A stretch of DNA of 64,000 nucleotides from the human T2T-CHM13v2.0 reference genome, Homo sapiens. Shown here piece by piece: positions 58,886 to 64,000 of the stretch. Made by a program: the position numbers and the translations under genes. The notes beneath the pieces were generated by a model. The model worked only from the letters and a program-made list of their open reading frames with translations. It was not told the DNA's origin and searched no databases. The DNA is taken from the NCBI RefSeq assembly GCF_009914755.1, contig NC_060927.1. One strand, given 5' to 3'. The stretch's first letter is position 1. The number at the start of each line of letters is the position of its first letter.

Positions 58886-59856
58886 ACATGATGTAATAAT
58901 GGTTTCAGTGCCTCTGCCAACAATCACTGGCTGCTAAGAGTTGCTAGAGTAATGGATTGAAAAATGCAAAAGGGCCTGAAAGCATGGTACGAAAGACCAC
59001 AGTGAATGATCGGTTATGTCGGCCAAGGATGTGGGACTCAGAAATGGTAGCAGGCACATCAAGAGCTTTTTTTAAATCTACCGCAACGTGGAAAAGTCCA
59101 GTTGTTCTACCAGTAGGTGCTTCACCTTTGTGAAGTCACAATTCTCTGGCTGGCTGTCTACTCATCTTTAAAATGAGAGTTTTGATTAGATGACCTCTTA
59201 TGTCCCTTCTAGTTTGAATATTCTATGATATTCTGAAAAAAAATAATAATAATAGCTCTTGTATTAGCATCCCAAGCAGTCTGGTGTGGGACTAGCTAAA
59301 TACAGGCAGCAGTGAGCTTCGAGGTGAAAGCTCTGAGGAAAAGGCAGAGTAGAAGAAGCAAACTTTCACTGAGCTGTTTAGCCTGGAGAATGATACCTAA
59401 AAAGCAAATTACCCTGTAAGAGGACTTGGGAGGAAAGTGCACAGTGAATAAGTCCATCATCTTCTCCCATATATTTTCAAAAATTATTCCTGGAATTATG
59501 TTGCAAAGGAGTCTCAGGATGTTTGCAGCCACAGGAACTGGAAACTATTTCACAAAATAGGAAGTGTAGAGATCGGGCAGATTCAGTGACCTCACAATGT
59601 TATGGGTGACCCCAGATCTTCTGAGCTTTTTGCTTTAGTGACCTTGTGAAGACTTTGTCTTCAGGCTAGTTCCCTGAATGGTGATGAGATGGCTGCATGT
59701 AGCAATTGGTGCTCTTTGCTTCCTTGTTCGGTTCCTGAAAGAGACTAGTTGTTCTTCCTTAGAAGCATGAGCAAAGTTCTCCTTACCACTATGTGGTCCA
59801 AATTGGTTCCTACCAGCTCATCTTTGAATCTTTGGCAAGACAGATGGAAGTATTCT

Positions 59857-61252
<1,396 letters not shown>

Positions 61253-61344
61253 TAAATTAAATTATAAGGGGGTAGAAAGGAAGTTGAAGAGTCTACCACA
61301 ATACGTTAAAAAGCACACACCTTCTTAGCAATCTACCTTTTTAG

Positions 61345-61620
61345 TACAGTAATAGTAACACTCAATGCTTTTTAGCACTTTCCACACACCAGGCATTGCT
61401 TTTATACATCTATTAATTTTACACAGATTAAATAATTTTATCCATCCAAAAAATCTACATGGTAGATGCTAGAATTATCCCCAGTTCAAAGCTGAGGAAA
61501 CTGAAGGACAAATGAGCCAAGTGTCATGCCCCAAGTCACTAGGTTAATAAATGGTGGAGACACCAAATAACTGCCCTCTAACTCCAGGGAACATGCTCAT
61601 AACCATGAGGACACATTGCC
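61345..61620 (-). mobile_element. MIR
   Basis: attatccccagttcaaagctgaggaaactgaagg...ccccaagtcac. Confidence 0.75.
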
Positions 61621-61880
61621 TCACACTCAACAGCGGCTCCAGAAACACTCCGCTCAATGCGTGCACAAATGAGCAAACGAGAGTCATAATTTGCATGATA
61701 CTACACTGCCTTGTTCCAAATACAAACAAGGCAGTAAAAATTACGGACATAGGGTAAGACTTAAAACTAAGATGTCTGCTATACAGAGAAACATATTGAC
61801 GGAAATCTTTCGGGGCAAATTTTTAAAGTCTGTGCTGCACGACTCAAATGTTTCAGAAAACTAATCCCATTCTGTGCTTA

Positions 61881-61926
61881 TGTGTGTGTGTGTGTGTCTG
61901 TGTGTCTGTGTGTCTGTGTGTGTATG
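61881..61926. repeat. Interrupted (TG)n / (TCTGTGTG)n microsatellite
   Basis: Direct reading. Confidence 0.9.
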
Positions 61927-62547
61927 TTTACAAGGTGGAAAATGCCTTGGTTAAGAAAGGGAGGAAGAGAGGGAAGAGGAAAAGGTAGTATGTTTTCCCC
62001 TAAAAATTAGAGATTCCGAAGTGATGATGACATCCTCCAACCGCTAGATGGAACGCAGTTCTCCCACACCATGGCCATGACTGCTCATTTGAACTTGCTG
62101 CTTCATGGTCATAAGGCCAGGACTTCCTGGCTTCCTCATGAGCCACCACATTTTCCATATTTTTAGAGCATTCTTCCTACAGAAGAAACCTATTTTGCAT
62201 TGTTTTTACAACTATCTTTTTTGTTGTTGTTCTAATGTTGCCAAGGAATCAAGAACCTCAAAACCTATCTTCTTCTGAGGTCAAGCCATCCACTCACAGG
62301 ACTTCTCAAGCTGGAGCCCTTAGTTGAGCTGATTTTACACAATCGAGTAGAGAAATAAAATGGCTTTTTGTGGTGAGCATCTGCTGTTTTGTTAAAAATG
62401 TGGTTAAAGACATTAACAAAAGTGACATTACCAGCTGTTGTAATGTCAAGCAGCTTAGCTAAACTGTTTTTTATCAAATGACAACATATGACACCCAAAT
62501 CAATTCCAAACCAATAACACATTGTTACTTGTAAAACAGAGCTGAAT

Positions 62548-62603
62548 GAGAGTGAGAATGAGAGCATGTGTGTGAGTGTGACAGAGAGAGAGAGAGAGAG
62601 AGA
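62548..62603. repeat. GA/TG compound simple repeat
   Basis: Direct reading, (AG)~10 at 62583-62603. Confidence 0.8.
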
Positions 62604-64000
62604 GGTTAATTAAAATACAAATTCAAATTTCTCCTGAAGTAGGAACAACAGACAATATGATCCTGATAATTTTCATTAAGAAATTTTTAACTTTATCCCA
62701 GACAAAGCAAAAAAAAAAGACGATTATGCAATCCATATTCTTACACAAGAAACAGTGTATTTCTTTTGTAAAATTCTTGTAATAGCAAAAAGATATGACG
62801 GAGTTTCTGGCCACTTAAAATCTGACTTGGCTTCTGTCCTTCAGCCATATACCTCCTAACGAGTATGACAATAACAGAAGAACTGACTTGTGTGGCTATG
62901 TTTGGTCTCTCTATTTTTATCTGCCCATCATGTTTAATTATCAGGCTATTAAAAGGTGGCAAATCGGTAGCATTGCCAACTGCGTTGTCCCTATGGCTGA
63001 AAAGCCTGTGGCAGTTGAAACAACCAAACCCTTCCCATGGGCATCACGAAGCTTGTAAAAGCAAAACGGCACAACGTCTGCCTGCCTGCCATAGTCATGG
63101 CCAATCCTGAATAAATGTTTAATTTCCACAACTGTGATGAGGGTAGGGCCTGATTTGTGCCAGTGCTTAGGAATCTCCGGGTATTTCATGTGCACAATTA
63201 TTAATAGTGTAATTCACAAATGCCAAGTCTACCCTTAAGGCCTGAGCTCAGTCCTGCTCTGCTAGAGTTGGTGTGACTTAGTCATCAAGAAAGAAGACAC
63301 TTTCAAGGGCATGATTCCTCCTGGAAGAAAAACAAAGGAGTGTGCTTAGGGGATAGGACGCTTGCCAGGAACAGAAGGTACGCTGCACATGGAGAGTGTT
63401 TCGAGGTAGGTAACTCAGGAGGGACCTGCATTTGGGGGAAAAAAAAACCCAGAACCAACAGAAGCAGCAGAAATAAACAAGCAGGTGTGTGCCTCTATGT
63501 CTACTACATGAAAGGAAAACAGGGCTGAAAGTCACAATCAGCATATGGAGACACACAAAGAGGGGCACCTGGGAAAATCAATGTGCATCAGGCTCGATGG
63601 TGCCTGCTTCCTCCAGGAGCTCACTGCATTATCACAGGTGGATAAAGTCACCCCTTCAATGGGCACAAGTAGATCACTCTTCTCTGCTGAGATTGGATTA
63701 AAGGCGACACTGATGCTAACAGCAAGAAGAAGGTAAACCGGACGTTGGAAAGAATTTTCAACAGCAAAGCCACAGTACAGGACAGATCACCAGGAGAAAT
63801 GTATGGGGAAATGTTAGAAAAGTATGGAAAGCCCTAGAAATTTCAAAAGTCCAGCTCTGTGAGGAGACAGAGGAAGGGGCAGAATGACCTGAAAGGCCAT
63901 TCTAGTGCTATTACTATACATAGGAAAGCTTCCTTGAGGGCATTACGTTTTAGGTTTCCAATAAAGGAGAGACCATTTTCAATATTTTTTAAAATTTTGT

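Overview
Primate (most likely human) non-coding genomic DNA, AT-rich and typical of a large intron or intergenic region. It is built largely from interspersed repeats: about 23 Alu/FLAM elements, a young L1PA fragment at the left edge, old L1M/L2/MIR fragments, several solo LTRs (THE1, MLT1, MER34/39-, MER57-, MER67-, LTR33/41-like), and DNA-transposon relics (Tigger2, MER47, MER44/Tigger7, MER2, MER5, MER63A, and a complete 140-bp piggyBac MITE, MER85). It also holds several microsatellites and a palindromic purine-pyrimidine minisatellite. I could not recognise any protein-coding exon or name a host gene; every ORF in the track that I could account for is Alu-derived, simple-repeat-derived or transposon-derived, and the rest look like chance ORFs. 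Several minus-strand exon-like or recursive-splice-like signals and a CpG-richer, repeat-poor right end weakly suggest an intron of a minus-strand gene. I found no convincing novel biological system. The best leads are the MER85 with its CSB-PGBD3 palindrome, a nearly abutting inverted Alu pair, two AG|GT recursive-splice-like exons, the palindromic minisatellite and a C/D-box-like segment. Repeat family calls are from memory of consensus sequences, and boundaries of old repeats are approximate.
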